Source: Cycas panzhihuaensis
Lineage: Eukaryota > Plantae > Cycadophyta
Direction of reading: 5' to 3'
Length of the DNA: 64,000 nt
NCBI GenBank assembly: GCA_023213395.1
Contig: CM041465.1
Span: 69,385,741-69,449,740 of the forward strand
Shown: piece by piece, positions 13,401-27,003 of the stretch
Layout of the letters: the number at the start of each line of letters is the position of its first letter
How positions within the stretch are numbered: position 1 is the first letter of the stretch
Notes under the pieces: generated by a model
The model's input: the letters and a program-made list of their open reading frames with translations, nothing else
Told to the model about the DNA's origin: nothing
The model's database searches: none
Program-made: the position numbers and the translations under genes

Positions 13401-16400
13401 ACCCCTTATACCACAAAGTCCTATAAACAAATTAAAACATGAAGCCCTAGATTTCCTATTCCTAGTAGGTGAAACTTCTATTCCACTTGAGGTATCCTTT
13501 CACATCCTATTCCCTAGAAAGTCTCTTTGTCACTGCCCCCATATCCCTCATCTTCCAACCCTCTCTTAGTAAGTTTCAACCCCTAACACTATTATTCTAC
13601 ACCCTCTCTACAAAGCATTATCTTTATTTCCTCTATAACCTCATCCTCACTACCACTAACCTTCTCACTACCCTATATTATTACCCCTTAACCCTTTGCA
13701 TTACTTTACAAATCATCTTTACATGCCATTAAGAAAATCCTTTTCTTATAAGGGGTGTGTAGCCCTTAATCCCCATCCGCTTTTCTTATCCCGATCAAAT
13801 CCCAAATTCACCAATAGATCTAGATTCATTGGCTTTTCATTCTGTATAACAACACCTTCATCACCTACAAATCCTTTTTGCTTACCTCTTATCCAACCTA
13901 GCCATCATATATCACATTCCTATTCAAGTTCCCATATATGTTTCCCCCTAGTTTCCCCCCTAAAATAACTCATCTATATCCTCCATGCCTTACATTTTTT
14001 AATTCCCTATACCTAATATGTACCCACATATACCTCCTTTCGTGTAATTTAAACCTTACATTCCATGCCCCTTATATGCAATCCTACCTTTACATTCCTT
14101 CCTATTATTTCCAAAATCTACCTTTCAAATATAATTTCCATATTTTACACTTTTCCTCTACAATCCCTCAATTTCCCCTTAAGGAGAAATGCAAGTGGAC
14201 ACAATATACACTTAGGATGCAAGACCTTATAACACACAAGTTTGGGGACCAATCAAGGAAGAGCCACACATAAAAGCAATTCTAGATAAAGCACTATCAC
14301 AAATAAAAAAAGGATATATATGGGTTGCTTCGAGACAAGAAGATGATAGAAAATCTAAAACCTCTGATATTCAAGCCCTAATAGGTAGAGGATTAAAGAT
14401 ATATACATAAGGATATATATGCTCTAGACTCCAAGTAACAAAATTACAAATACTTCATGGTCGAAGTATTATTTGAAGGAAGGATAGATTGTAATGATTT
14501 TATTCCATTAATGAGAAGTTGGTATTTTATTAGAAATTAGTTTTATTAGGGACTGATACTTTTAAATTAATATGAAATTAATTTTTATATTAAGAAGTTG
14601 GTATTTTACTATTAATATTATTATTAAAGTTTATTTTTTTAATAGAGAGCCATACTGGCATCTATAAATAGGGGAGACCACTAACTCATTATATAAGTTT
14701 TATTTTTAGGTTAATCCTAATTTTATTTGACACTTAGTACCTAAAGCAAATTGTTTATTCAACTTTTATTTCAATTTTTTTTTTATAACAAAAGAAGATC
14801 CAACTTAGAATCACTTCAAAATTTCATTTTGATGGTACAATTGAGTGTCACTAAGCTTACTTGGTTACAAAAGACTTAAAAAAAAAGGGTAGTGTTGATT
14901 ATAAGGAGACCTTTGCACTTATTACAAATATGAATATTGTCAGACTTGTTGTAGCTTTAATTCTTCAATGCACATAGCAAATTTACCAAATAGATGTCCA
15001 GATTACGTTTCTTAATGACAACTTGTTTGAGGAGGTGTATCTAGAACAATCTCCTTAATACATCACTCATGAGAAGGAACATATGGTATGTCGCCTTAAA
15101 AAGACTTTGTATGGGTTGAAGTAGGCACCACATGCTTGGTATTTAAAATTTGATTATTTTTTGAAATATGACTTTTATTGATCTTTATCAAATCCAAACT
15201 TGTACACCAAGGTTAAATACTAGTATGTAACACTTGTCATTCTATATATAAATGGCTTAGTCACCACTAAGAATGACTCATATATAATCGAGAGTCTTTA
15301 AAGGGATTTGAAAAGAAGTTTCAACATCACTGATCTTAGACTTCTTTACTACTTTCTTGGCTTGGAGGTTTGGTAATAACCAGGTAGCATTTTCATATTA
15401 TAAGCTAAGTACACTTAGGGCATTTTGCTTAGGTTCATAATGGAGGATTGCAAACCCTTACCAACTCTTATGGAGACTGGTACTAAGATGCCATTTGATG
15501 AAGAAGTTAAATTTGTAGATCCCATTCTTTTTAAATGGTTCATGGATAATCTAATTTATTTGACTAACACTAAATTGGATATCTCATATGTGGTTGGGAT
15601 TTATTCTATATACACGTCTAAACCTAATTAGATACATTAAAATATTGTAAAAAGAATACTCATATATTTAAAAGAAATATTGTGGCATGTGCTATACTAT
15701 ACTCATAACGAAAACTTCACTTTGGAAGGGTTCTCGAATTCTGATTGGGCAGGTTGCCAGGATAACAGGAGATCAACCTCATGTTATTATTTTAACCTTG
15801 GGTCAGTAATTGTTTCATGAAGTTGCAAAAAATAACAAAACATTACTCTTTCTTCCACTGAAGTAGAATATAAAATTGTCGTCAACATAGCTTGTGAGGC
15901 TCTCTGACTATGACAAATTCTTGAAGAGCTTGGACTCGAGCAAACCCATCCTACGAAGCTTCATTGTGATAATCAGAATGTGCTCAAGATGACCAAGAAT
16001 CTAGTTTTTCATATAAAAACCAAGTGAATAGAGGTCCATCATCACTTTATTAGAGAGCATATACAAGATGGTGAGATCAACCTCATTTACAAGACTACAT
16101 ATTAACAACTTGTAGACATCTTTACCAAAGCACTTGGTAGAGAAAAAAAATAAAACATTATGAGATGACCTAGGAGTTCAACTTAATGATGTGAACATTA
16201 ATAGGGAGTGTTAGAACCTTTATATTTTATTATTAAATAATATATTATTATTTATCACATTATAATTAATATATAATGTAAATTGTATGTAATATTATAT
16301 TCACTTGTTTGCTTGAACCATATGAATACTTCTCACTTCATATATGAGTGACAAGTGTCACAATCACATGGATTCACTTACATAGATCAAATTGAGCATC

Positions 16401-16647
16401 ATTCTTGATCTAAGTGAACTCTTCACATATAATGGTATGTGACGTGTCACAATCCTAAGTACTCACTTACACTATTTAAAGGGATCATTTGTTTGTTTGT
16501 ACTATGTTGGATAATGTATGCATTGCTATTTTAGGAGAATGTTATTAAAGTATAGATCAATTCTATCTTCTCTTCTATGCCAATTTTGCTCTTGAGCGTT
16601 GATCATTGTCTCTCCACCTCAGTTGGCTCAAGATCCTACTTTTCTTA
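10443..16647 (+). mobile_element. Element I: Copia-type LTR element with RT/RH only and a foreign interior
   Basis: LTRs 10443-10856 and 16209-16647 (~80%), perfect TSD ATCTC (10438-10442 / 16648-16652), PBS tggcattagagc ~10860-10871. Decayed RT-RH 14818-16200 (DYKETFA, SDWAG, HHHFIREH). No gag or INT seen. Confidence 0.88.
11382..11506. repeat. 36-bp minisatellite, ~3.5 near-identical copies
   Basis: tcattggcgtatggcatctgactatccctacacNNc starts at 11382, 11418, 11454 and 11490 (partial). Confidence 0.95.
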
Positions 16648-17274
16648 ATCTCATGTTGTAGTGAGGGTGACAAACCCTAGTATGCAATAGCCTTTTGATT
16701 TGCCCAGCAAAAGAAGTTTACCATATCAAAGATCTTCATAAGAAAATTATTCCACACAAAAAATTGACCATGTGTAAACATATCATATCAGTAGATTTAG
16801 AGGTGTTTGCCTCATAAGAGTTGTGGACGCATGCTTTAACATTTTTTTAAAAAGTTCAAATGGAGGTGGGTAATGTCTCCACTCTCTCATCTGCACATCT
16901 ATGAGTCAACTCTTCTAGTTATCCACATAGGAGACCAAAAGGCTGCCCAATTGCTTCCTTGCCAAAAGCCACATGTAACTCTTACCAAATTGAAGACAAA
17001 TTGAAAAACTTGGGAGTTGTCAGTGAACATTAGTTTGCTCTATTCCAACAAATATAATGAAGCTACTTTGAGTATTAAATTTTAAAAAATACCTCAAAAT
17101 TCTCTTTCCCTAGATTTTTTTTTAATTATAAACTTTCAATAATAAGTTCACATATTTTTCAATGGTGAGGGAAGAACCCACTTGTTGGCCTTCCAAGAGT
17201 CATTATATTCCTTGTATACTCTTAAGTAGTATGAATTTCTTTTAGTTCTTCCAGTATCCTCTATTTTTGTTTAA

Positions 17275-18413
17275 ATGGTTGCCATTTACTCTCTACCTAA
17301 GCAAGATAAACTCAATAGTGAGAACTATAGAACATGGAAGATCAAGATGAGAAGTATTTTGATAGCAAAAGATGCATGGAAGATAGCAAATGGAACAAAG
17401 ACAAACCCATCTAATCTTGATGAGTTGAAAGTTTTCCAAGAAAATGACAGAATAACAACAATTACAATTACACTCTATGTTACATATCACATCCTTTTGT
17501 ATATCCTAGAAATAATGACATCAAATGAAGCATGGGCCATCCTCTAATCCATGTTTGAACTAAAAGACACATCCATTATAGATACATCAAGTCCTTTACA
17601 ACATGAAGCTCAAAGAAGGTGAAATAGTGATAGATTGTTTAACAAAGATGAAAGAAACTAGGAAACAACTTGGAGCTACTAGAGAAAATATTGGGAATGG
17701 GGAATTTGTTCAACTAACCCTAAACAAGCTTCCTAGATCATTTGACAAATTGGTAACTCAATTTACCATCTCAAAAGTAGCCAAAACCATGACCTTCGAG
17801 GAGCTAAGGGGTCTTATGCTATAATAAGAGCTCAGGAATAATAAATAGGATGAAGAAATAAAACTTGAAGGGATTTCCTCCTCAAAATTAAAATAAAAAA
17901 GACTAAGGACTAAAGCACCAAAAGAAGAGTTCATCATATCAGAAAGAAGCAGTTGTTACTACTATGAAAAACTGGGACATCTCATCAAGGATTACAGAAA
18001 AAGGAAGTTTGATATACAGAAAAAGAAGAGATACTTGGACAACATCTCATAATTAAGAGAAAATGAAGAAGAATTTACATTTATCGCTATCCTCTCTACA
18101 AAGTAGCTTTCTTCAGAGTCAATGTGCCAATTATTGCACTGACAATGGGGAGGAATTCAACTCTAATATTTCTTTTAAATACTCCAAAGCTTATGGGATC
18201 AAGAGATAATTGACAACCCCCTATACTCCTAAATCAAATGGAGTGACTAAAAGGAAAAATAGAACCATCACAGAAATAACAAGGAGCATGTTAAAAGTAA
18301 AAGGGATATCAAATAAATTTTGGGCCAAAGTAATTAAAACAATAATCTACCTTATCAACATAAGTCCAACAAAAGCTGTTAAAAAAAAAAAGAAAAACTC
18401 CAGAAGAAGCTTG
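17275..18413 (+). pseudogene. gag and partial integrase of element A
   Basis: DKLNSENYRTWKIKM (Copia gag N-terminus), decayed knuckle CYYYEKLGHL ~17955, then directly TDNGEEF / TPYTPKSNGVTKRKNRT. Protease and N-terminal integrase are missing. Confidence 0.88.
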
Positions 18414-18668
18414 TGTTGGAATATTAATGCATATTTGTTTTGTCCCACATGCAAGTCGGTTCCACTATCACTATATTGACTTGTATTATAAATACACAAT
18501 ATTGTGTATCATATTATATCTATTGTAATCATGTTGTAATGATATTTTATTAATATAATGGAGGTACCTTAAGGGTACCGTTCAATCCTAGAGGTGTTTG
18601 TTCTGTTTGTGAATATCTTATTGCAGGTTCTATTTTCTAACATAGAATCAGAGCGCTCAAGTTGAGAG

Positions 18669-21600
18669 TGACGGAAATCTCAATTGAGATGAAGTAGAAA
18701 AACTTGCATTCCTTGGAGATTCAGTCTCCTTAAATATACATCATAAAAAAATGACCGTTACAAACTGAGATGTAACCGATCAATATGGGACAACCAAGTG
18801 TCAGAATCTTAGATTTAAGTTACATTTGAGGGGGTGACTCAACATGGCCCCTCTTTACTTAGATAAAACATTACATTTCAACACCCTCTCTTAATGTTTT
18901 ATCTCTAACAAACCTAATTTGTTTCTTAGATATTGAAGTCTTTCTCTTCTAAGAGATTTTGTCAGAAGATCTGCAACTTGTTCAGAAGATGGACAATATT
19001 CGAGGTCAATTTCCTTGTTGTGGACTTTTTCCCTTATGAAATGATGATGGACTTCTATGTGCTTGGTTCTTGCATGAAACACTGGATTTTTGGTCAACTT
19101 GATGGCACTCTGATTGTCACACTTTAGAGGAGTTGCTTCATTTTGTTGTTGTTCCAGGTTGATCAGAAGTTGTCTCAACCACATACCTTCGCATGTTGCT
19201 GTGGCAGTTGCTTTATATTCTGCTTCGGTGGAAGACAATGCAATAGTAGCTTATTTTTTACTACACCATGAGATTGCTGAAGGACTCAGGGAGAAACAAT
19301 ATCCACTAGTAGACTTCCTTTGTTCCTTGTCTCCTGCCCAGTTAGAGTTGCAATATCTTGACAATTTTGTTGATCCTCCTTTTGGATATACCAGTTTTAG
19401 GTTTGTTGTTCCCTTTAGGTATCTTAGAATTCTCTTTACAGCCTTCCAGTGTCTTAATTTAGGATTCTGCATATATCTGGATACTAATCCCACTGAGTGA
19501 GATATGTCAAGCCTGGTAGCTGTTAGATAAATTAGACTTCCGATTAATTGTCTGTATAGAGTGATGTTTGCTGCCTCCTCCATATCATCTACCATTAATT
19601 CATAATTTATTTCCATAGATGTGGCACAAGAATTGTAATTTTCCATCTGAAATCTGGCAAATAAATTTCTAATATATTTGCTTTCGGACAGAGTTATATA
19701 ACTTTGTTGTTGATATATTTCTAATCTCAGGTAGTAATTCAAAAGGCTCAAGTCTGTCATTTCAGACTTTTGCTTGAGTTGTTCTTTTATGTCTTTAGTG
19801 TCTTTTTCATCATTCTCAGTGAGAAGCATATCATCAATATAAACGATAATTATTGTGATTTTGCCATCCTTTTTCCTTATGTATAGGCTAAGGTCTGAAT
19901 CACATCGTTTAAAGTTGTTCTCTTCTAGAAAATGATATAATTTTGTATACCAGGCTCGAGGGGCCTGCTTTATACCATATAATGCCTTTTTCAGTCTGCA
20001 TACTAGATGCTATTGTCATTCTTTAATATATCCTTCAGGCTGTTTTGAGTAAACTTCTTCTTCCAATTCTCCATTCAAGAAAGCACTCTTTACATCTAGT
20101 TGAGAGATCTTCCAATTCTGTGTTGCAGATAGTGCAATTACTGTCCTTATAGTGTTCATTTTGGCCACAGAAGAGAATGTTTCATTAAAGTCTATTCTAG
20201 TTGTTTGAGTGTACCCTTTTGTGACCAATCTTGCTTTATACTTTTCTATTTTACCACTCATTCATTCTTTGGTTTTGTAGACCCATTTATAACTGACAGC
20301 GGATTTATCAGTAGGTAATTCTACCAATTCTCATGTCTGATTCCTTTTAATTTAGTCTATTTCATTGTCCATGGCTATCTTCCATACTTCCTGATCTTTG
20401 GCTTTTTGAAAAGTTTGAGGTTCGATTCTACTTAGCAGAGATTTTGTTTTTTTACTTCTTGTTCTATGTTCCATCACATTGCCTTTTCTTTCCTCAATTG
20501 TTTTAATGTACCATTTAGGTAGCTTCTTTTGTTTTTGTGATCCTTCTTTACTATTAGTCTCTTCTGTTGGTTATTCTATGACCGATTCTGCTTCATCTGT
20601 TGTTTCATTTTGGCCTGACGAAAAAGGAGAGGATGGTACTTCTTCTGAGGTGATTTTAGATGTGGCTTCTTACTCAATTTCCTTTTCACTTTCTTCAATA
20701 ATTCTGACTTGTGCATGTTCAGTTAAACTATCTTCTTCATTGAAAATTACATCTCTGCTTACATAGATCTTATTGGTTTTAGGATCTATGCATTTGTAGG
20801 CTTTTGAATTTTTGCTATAGCCTATCATAATACATTCTGTGCTTTTTGCATCCATTTTAGACCTTTTTTTGTTGGGTATATGAACAAAGGCTTGGCTAGC
20901 AAAAATCTTAAGTGAACTTACATAAGGTTTCCTACCTGTCTAGGCTTCTTCTGAAGTGATGTCCTTCAAGGCTTTTGTTGGACTTCGATTTATTAGGTAG
21001 CAAGCAGTACTTACTACCTCTGCCCAATAACATTTTGATACACTCTTTTCGTAAATCATACTTCTTACCATCTCCATCAAGGTTCTGTTTTTCCTTTCTG
21101 CTACTCCGTTTGACTGTGGTGTGTAAGAAGTTGTAACCTGTTTACGTATTCCTTGAATTTTGTAATAGTTCAAGAATTCCTTTGATATGCATTCACCTCC
21201 TCCATTTGATCTGATACATTTAACTTTTGTTTTTGACTCCATCTCTATTTCTGCTTTGAATTCTTTAAATACTTCAAAAACTTCTAACTTGTTATGGAGA
21301 AAGTATACCCATACCTTCTGAGTGAAATCATCGATAAAGGTCAGAAAATATCTGCATCCATTGACTGAGAGTGGTGTAATAGGACCACAAAGGTCTGTAT
21401 GGATCAATTCCAACTTTGATTGTGATCTCCAGGTGCTTTTTTTGAAGGGATGTCAGTGTTGCTTGCCAAATTGACAATCTTTACAAACAAAGTTATTAGA
21501 GGAGATATGAGACAATCTATTCACTATACCTAATTTTTCCATTAATTTTAATGTTTCAATTGGGAGATATCTATACTTCAAATGCCAAAGTTTATTATTA

Positions 21601-23884
21601 GGTTTAACAACAGTATAAGCTTTTTCTTCCAAGTTCAGAAGTATATGATTTGATAGAAGTTTGTACAGATCATTACATCTCACACCTTTTGCAATAATTT
21701 CTCCATCTTTTTTTGATGTCTAAAATATAACAATATCTTTCTTCATGAAAAACTATTCTTAAACCCTTTTTGCTGAGTTGTGAAATAGAAAGAAGGTTCA
21801 TTTTTAATCCAAGAACTAGGAAAACATTTCCAATTTTCTTTATATCCCCCTACAGATTGATAGTAATAGTCCCAACCCCTTTTATGTCAAGTGGATATTT
21901 GTCGCCTAACTCAACTGATTTGTCGAAGTCGCAGGGTTTTAGGGTCTCAAGCTAGTCTTCACGACTGATCATATGTCTCGAGGCTCCTGAGTCAACATAC
22001 CATATGTCATCATCTTTTAAGCTGGTAGCCAAGGCGACAACGAATGCAGTCTCCTCTTCCTCTTTTTCTATATTTTCTTTGCTATATCCTCCAACAGGTC
22101 GTTTTTCCCTCTGGATATCACTTCTTCGTTGTGGGCACTGATATGGGTAATGCCCAGTTTGTCCAAAGTGGTAGCATATGTCAAAAATTTTGCAGCTGCT
22201 GGAGATATGCTCGGTTTTTCCATAATTGAAATAGATTTTGGTATCTTTACTTCGTCTACTTCCCCTTGAATCTTGCTAACATTCACGTCCTCTAAAGTCT
22301 AGTGTCGAGCCTCGTCCACGAGTTTGATTTCTACTGCGTGGCCCTAGGTTCAACCTAGATGCAAAAACATCCTCCAATTCCGAAGAGTCCTCATACGTTT
22401 TATTTCTTTGTTCCTGTCTTAACAGTAGTCTTGTTAATTCATCAAGAGTTATTTTATCAATTTTATCACTATTTGTGATAGTATCAATGGTTGTGTTAAA
22501 AGATTTCGGTAGCTTGGTTGCCACTAGTTCCACTAACTCTTGTTCAGAGATCAGACCTCTTACACTCGATAAATTATTGTGAATTGAAATAACCTTGTGC
22601 ATGAACTCTATTATATTTTCACTTTCTTTCATGTGTAATCTATATAATTCTTCCTTAAGGGCAATTATTCTGGCTTTATTTTTCTGCCCATACAAATTCT
22701 CAAGACATTTCCAGATAGCAAAGGACAAATTTAAATTTTCAACATATATCAAGATTGAGTCAAAATTTGACATTTTCAGAGTGAGCACACCTATATTATT
22801 TCTTTCTTCTCAGCTTGCCAGCTTTGTATCTGAGTCATTAGGATAACTTTCAGTTCTATTTGTAATGTTCCAGGCATTTTTGACTCTTAAGATAGTTTCT
22901 ACCTTTATCTTCTAGACATGATAGTTAGGATCAGTTAATTTTTCTAGTTCTAACAAGGATATAAGAGTAGAAGCCATTTAATCTGAGAAAAAACTGAACA
23001 TAGCCTGGGTCGTACACCTATACGAATTTTCGTACGAAAATGAACCTGTACAGATTGGTACGAAATGTACCTCAAAAGAAAGGGAATGAAGTGAGGATTC
23101 TGGATCTGCTATTATTTTTCCAAAATAGCTTATAGATTATGAGAAATCTGGCTCGAAAACCAAAAGGGCGTGGCTAGGGCAAAACCTGTTTTTGCTTATA
23201 ACTTCACAAATAATTCATCAAATTACTCAAGATCTGTCATAATATCTTCTTAAGGCTCAGATGCAGAGTACATCAGATTTGATCCAAAAAAATTGAGAAA
23301 TTTGAAAGAAATATGCATAAATACTTCCAAACTCGCGTGGCTGAAAAAGTGGCAAAAACCCCTTTCAGACTTTGTCAGATGACTTCGACCCTGAAGAGAA
23401 GAGTGATGGAGAGGTTGAGATCTGCTTGCTAGTAAAAATTCGTCTCAATTTGAGACACTTGAGTTACTGTTAGTACAGTCGTACGTTTCCGTACACAGGT
23501 CGTATAGTACTTCTAATCATCTTCAGATCTACTCTTCTGACCTTGACACTTAGTTTCACTTCCTGTTACCTTCTGTATTTGCTAGCTTCTCTATCTCTCT
23601 CACACCAGAATTGTCTCTATTAACCACCAAAGACCCTCTCTCAAATAGGCAGGATGACCTGCTCTGATACCATGATGGAAATCTCAATTGAGATGAAGTA
23701 GAAAAACTTGCATTCCTTGGAGATTCAGTCTCCTTAAATATACATCATAAAAAATAACCGTTACAAACTGAGATGTAACCGATCAATATGGGACAGCCAA
23801 GTGTCACAATCTTAGATTTAAGTTACATTTGAGGGGTGACTCAACATGGCCCCTCTTTACCTAGATAAACATTACATTTCAACA
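18669..23884 (-). mobile_element. Element C: full-length Ty1/Copia, youngest insertion in the window
   Basis: LTRs 18669-18883 and 23673-23884 (~96%), perfect TSD GAGAG, PBS (gctctgatacca 23661-23672 on +), PPT (ccctctctta 18884-18893 on +). Confidence 0.97.
18891..22977 (-). pseudogene. gag-pol polyprotein of element C, disrupted by stops and frameshifts
   Basis: ORF pieces: gag 22276-22788, protease DSGASRHM ~21975-21995, [69 protein letters not shown]. Confidence 0.95.
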
Positions 23885-24938
23885 GAGAGAAGTGTTAGAT
23901 GGTGAAATCCTAATTCTAACGTGTGAGGAGGTGGCTCCGTAGAGATGTTAATGCCTGTTTTGTTTGTTATTTGTATGCCCTGGAGATGTTGTCAGCCCGC
24001 AATTGAGTTATGAAAGAGTACAAACCCTGAGCATGTTAGTTGTAGTGTAGTCAATATTTTGAGTATGCTCAGTATATTTATTACTCGATAATAAATTTTA
24101 GGGTTTGAGATATAAATCTATTGGCTCCTTCATGATGTATATTTACACCATGAGTGACTAACTTCCCTGCGTATTCTATCCACTGGTTGAGTTATTTGTG
24201 TATGCAATTTATTTGATGCGAATAATACTACCCTGTATAAAGATTAAGCAGCCGTGAGATATATTGTGATGCCGCCTGTCTTTGTATATTAATAACAATA
24301 TGTCTTGAATGGAGGATAATCACCTGATGATAATACTGTTTATCTGGAGTTGCGAGATAATAATTTGAGTCACCCGTGATTATATAGCATTGCGTTCAAT
24401 TTATTTGCAGTCAATATGTGTTGCGCCACCATTTCGTTGTATATTGAATCACCTTATGCACGACCTTTTATATGCATCCTTCATTTTTGTGTTGAGAGTA
24501 TGCCTGATGAAAATTAATGCAGTTGCCCATTTTAGATCGTCTGTTTAGGTTTTGAGCATTATATTGATATGTTGCAGCTAATACATTGTTCACTATTTTA
24601 TATTATAATATGCATAAATATCATTGATCGCCACTGATTGTTTTGTCCTCGAGCATGTTTAAATATGCAATCTTCAGTCACAGGTCTCTATGTATGTATT
24701 CACCCAGCCCTATACGCAGTCGTATATTTGCATTGTGTCGCCCTCACTGTTGATTTCGTTGCAGTCTATGTAAGATAGCCTGCCATATAGATAGCTGTGT
24801 GATGAATATTGAGTTCACTGGTCTATATATTTATTTATATAGATGCCTCGTCTATGTTACGTCGTTGATATATATTCCAACCGCTTGTTTTTGAAGACGC
24901 AGCCGTCGTTTTTATTCCCTACTTATCTAATCTCATCA

Positions 24939-25711
24939 CCTCCATTTCTGACATTTGCTACATTGAACCCATTCGTGGTCACGCTTGTACTGTTGATGCC
25001 TATCCTTCAATTCCAGGGGTCAAACATTTCATCCCAATACTCGTCTACCTTCATTCCTAACCAATTCTCCAATTTAACATAAGCCTCGCTATCTTGGAAA
25101 CCTTGCTTGTTATTAAGAACACCTACACAACCGTTGTCATTGCTCACAATTTCGGTGATGTCGATGACACTGATTACACCATGCCCCATATCCACATTAT
25201 GAACCATTCCTCCCACTCTTTTGTATGCCTCTATAAGACGACCGTGCCAGTATAAAAATACACTACAATTCCCCCGTTCCCTCTCCACTTGATTTCGTCC
25301 TAAAATCAATTCCACATCTTTATCCATGATCGCACCCCTTTGGACCGTAGTCTTATTGAGGGATTTGGTGAGAGGGAAGGTTCTGACATATGTCCCCTGC
25401 ACGTAGATCTTCATTTGAGGTTCCTGAAAAAGTACTTCTAGGTAAGCATATAAGGAGAAGTCCAGTCGCACCTCCTGGCCCATTTGTCCAACACTTGCGT
25501 GGACACGTCTCGACCTTATGGTTATGTCGACTTTCTTAATGCAATGCGCTCCATTTTCATCCACACGTGTGTTGTCCCACTGTAGATTGTAGTTAGATCC
25601 CCAGGTATCCAAATTGTATACAAAAATCTGCATTCCGGTGCCATCATTTACAAAGCGCGCGAACTTGGCTCCAATTACATATTCATTGAACGGAGAGAAC
25701 TCTTTAATGGC
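24939..25711 (-). pseudogene. MORC: Captured uninterrupted fragment of a MORC (microrchidia) CW-zinc-finger-type gene: S5-fold region plus start of the CW finger
   Basis: The frame is open from 25711 (AIKEFSPFNEYVIGAKF..GTGMQIFVYNL) through LDFSLYAYLEVLF..PQMKIYVQG, FLYWHGRLIEAYKRVG and NNKQGFQD..EYWD. After a 1-nt frameshift at ~25017 it continues LELKDRHQQYKRDHEWVQCSKCQKWR (CW finger start), then a stop. A TGA sits immediately upstream. Family assignment is from recalled motifs. Confidence 0.88.
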
Positions 25712-26006
25712 TCAATATGAGGTGACTTTATGATATGGTGTTGCTTGTGATATCTAACTCATTGGTGATATGAGGTAAAGTTAGTGACATGGTTGACTTT
25801 ATTACATCTATGAGGTGTGGATAATATAAGGTGATATTAAGTTCTGTAGCATACAATTGCATGAAGAGTTTGAGAGGCAACTGCATGCTCATTGCATGCA
25901 TTCACATAAAAAATTTATTGGACAAAGAAGAGCACAAACAAGGCATGCTTGATGGTGTTATTAATGGCATGAGGCGATGTTTATGATATGACTTTATTGC
26001 AACAAT

Positions 26007-26133
26007 GTCATGTTGATTAACAATGAAGTGGTGACAGTTAGCATTGGCATGGTGATTTTCTATATGTAAAAAGTCATGTTGATTAACAATGAAGTGGTGA
26101 CAGTTAGCATTGGCACAGTGATTTTCTACATGT
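26007..26133. repeat. 66-bp tandem duplication inside B
   Basis: gtcatgttgattaacaatgaagtggtgacagttagcattggca.. starts at 26007 and 26073. Confidence 0.92.
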
Positions 26134-27003
26134 GATTTACATGAGATATGAGATGACTGTATGCTTGTGATCTGTTGTTGGTGATGCAACAATGACATGA
26201 CTCCTAGCTTACATGAGATGGTATGTTGGGTAAGGTAATTATTGATGACATAAGGCACATACATGACCTCTTGTATGCATTTTTGCATAAGAAAGCATTG
26301 ATGGCAAGATGAGTAAAGCGATATGGTGCTTTATCTTTTAATGACATGTATGAGTTGTATTTCATTGTGAAAAGGGTACTATAGTGATGTGAGTATTATT
26401 TATCCATTTTTTGGTGACAAGGTGGTGATACTTGATATTGGCATGGTGCTCTCTTGCGTGTATTGTACTTGAGAGAGTGAGGTGGGTAAAGAGACGTTTA
26501 TTGTTTCTTTTGCATGTGTTTGCATGAGTGAGTTGATGAAGTGATGACTTAGCGATATAAGGCAATTGTGAACCTTGTAACATGTGAGATTACATGACGA
26601 GATTGGACATTTGTTGGGCATATTTAAAGGTGAAATTATGGTTGTTTTGATGATGTTTTTTCAATTGACTGAATGTAAAGAAGGATGAGTTTTTGTTAAA
26701 GTTATCTGAGTTGTAAATGTAGTGGTATGAGTTGTGTTTTGGACAATTGAGTGTGGTGTGGTGTGGCTTGGTAATCTAATGGCGACATGTGGCACGTATG
26801 ATCATTATGAGATTTATGAGACATTGATTTGGTGAAGTGAATGTTTTAGATTCTATGTGAGAAATGGACAAGGTGATGATATGACGATGAAGTCAATGAT
26901 GTTAGAGATATGAGACATGATAAATTTTGTTGAGAGTGATCAATAAGCAAGTTACCAATGATAAGTGAGTTTGTTGATTGAAAAAGGAGGCGGGGTGTTA
27001 AAA

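Noticed and set aside
13387-14273. Overlapping Pro/Leu/His-rich ORFs
   Set aside because: Products of a pyrimidine-rich low-complexity TE interior; no coherent protein.
18933-22846. Plus-strand ORFs within C (and similar ones in F, G and K)
   Set aside because: Antisense shadows of gag-pol.
25007-25633. 208-aa ORF as a functional MORC gene or a host exon
   Set aside because: It lacks the GHKL ATPase N-terminus, has a stop immediately upstream and a frameshift before a truncated CW finger, and sits inside an LTR/TSD-bounded element. An open frame of this length is compatible with neutral decay at ~7% LTR divergence.
25902-26621. His-rich minus-strand ORFs next to the MORC fragment
   Set aside because: Explained by TG-rich composition and the 66-bp duplication; no MORC or other motifs.
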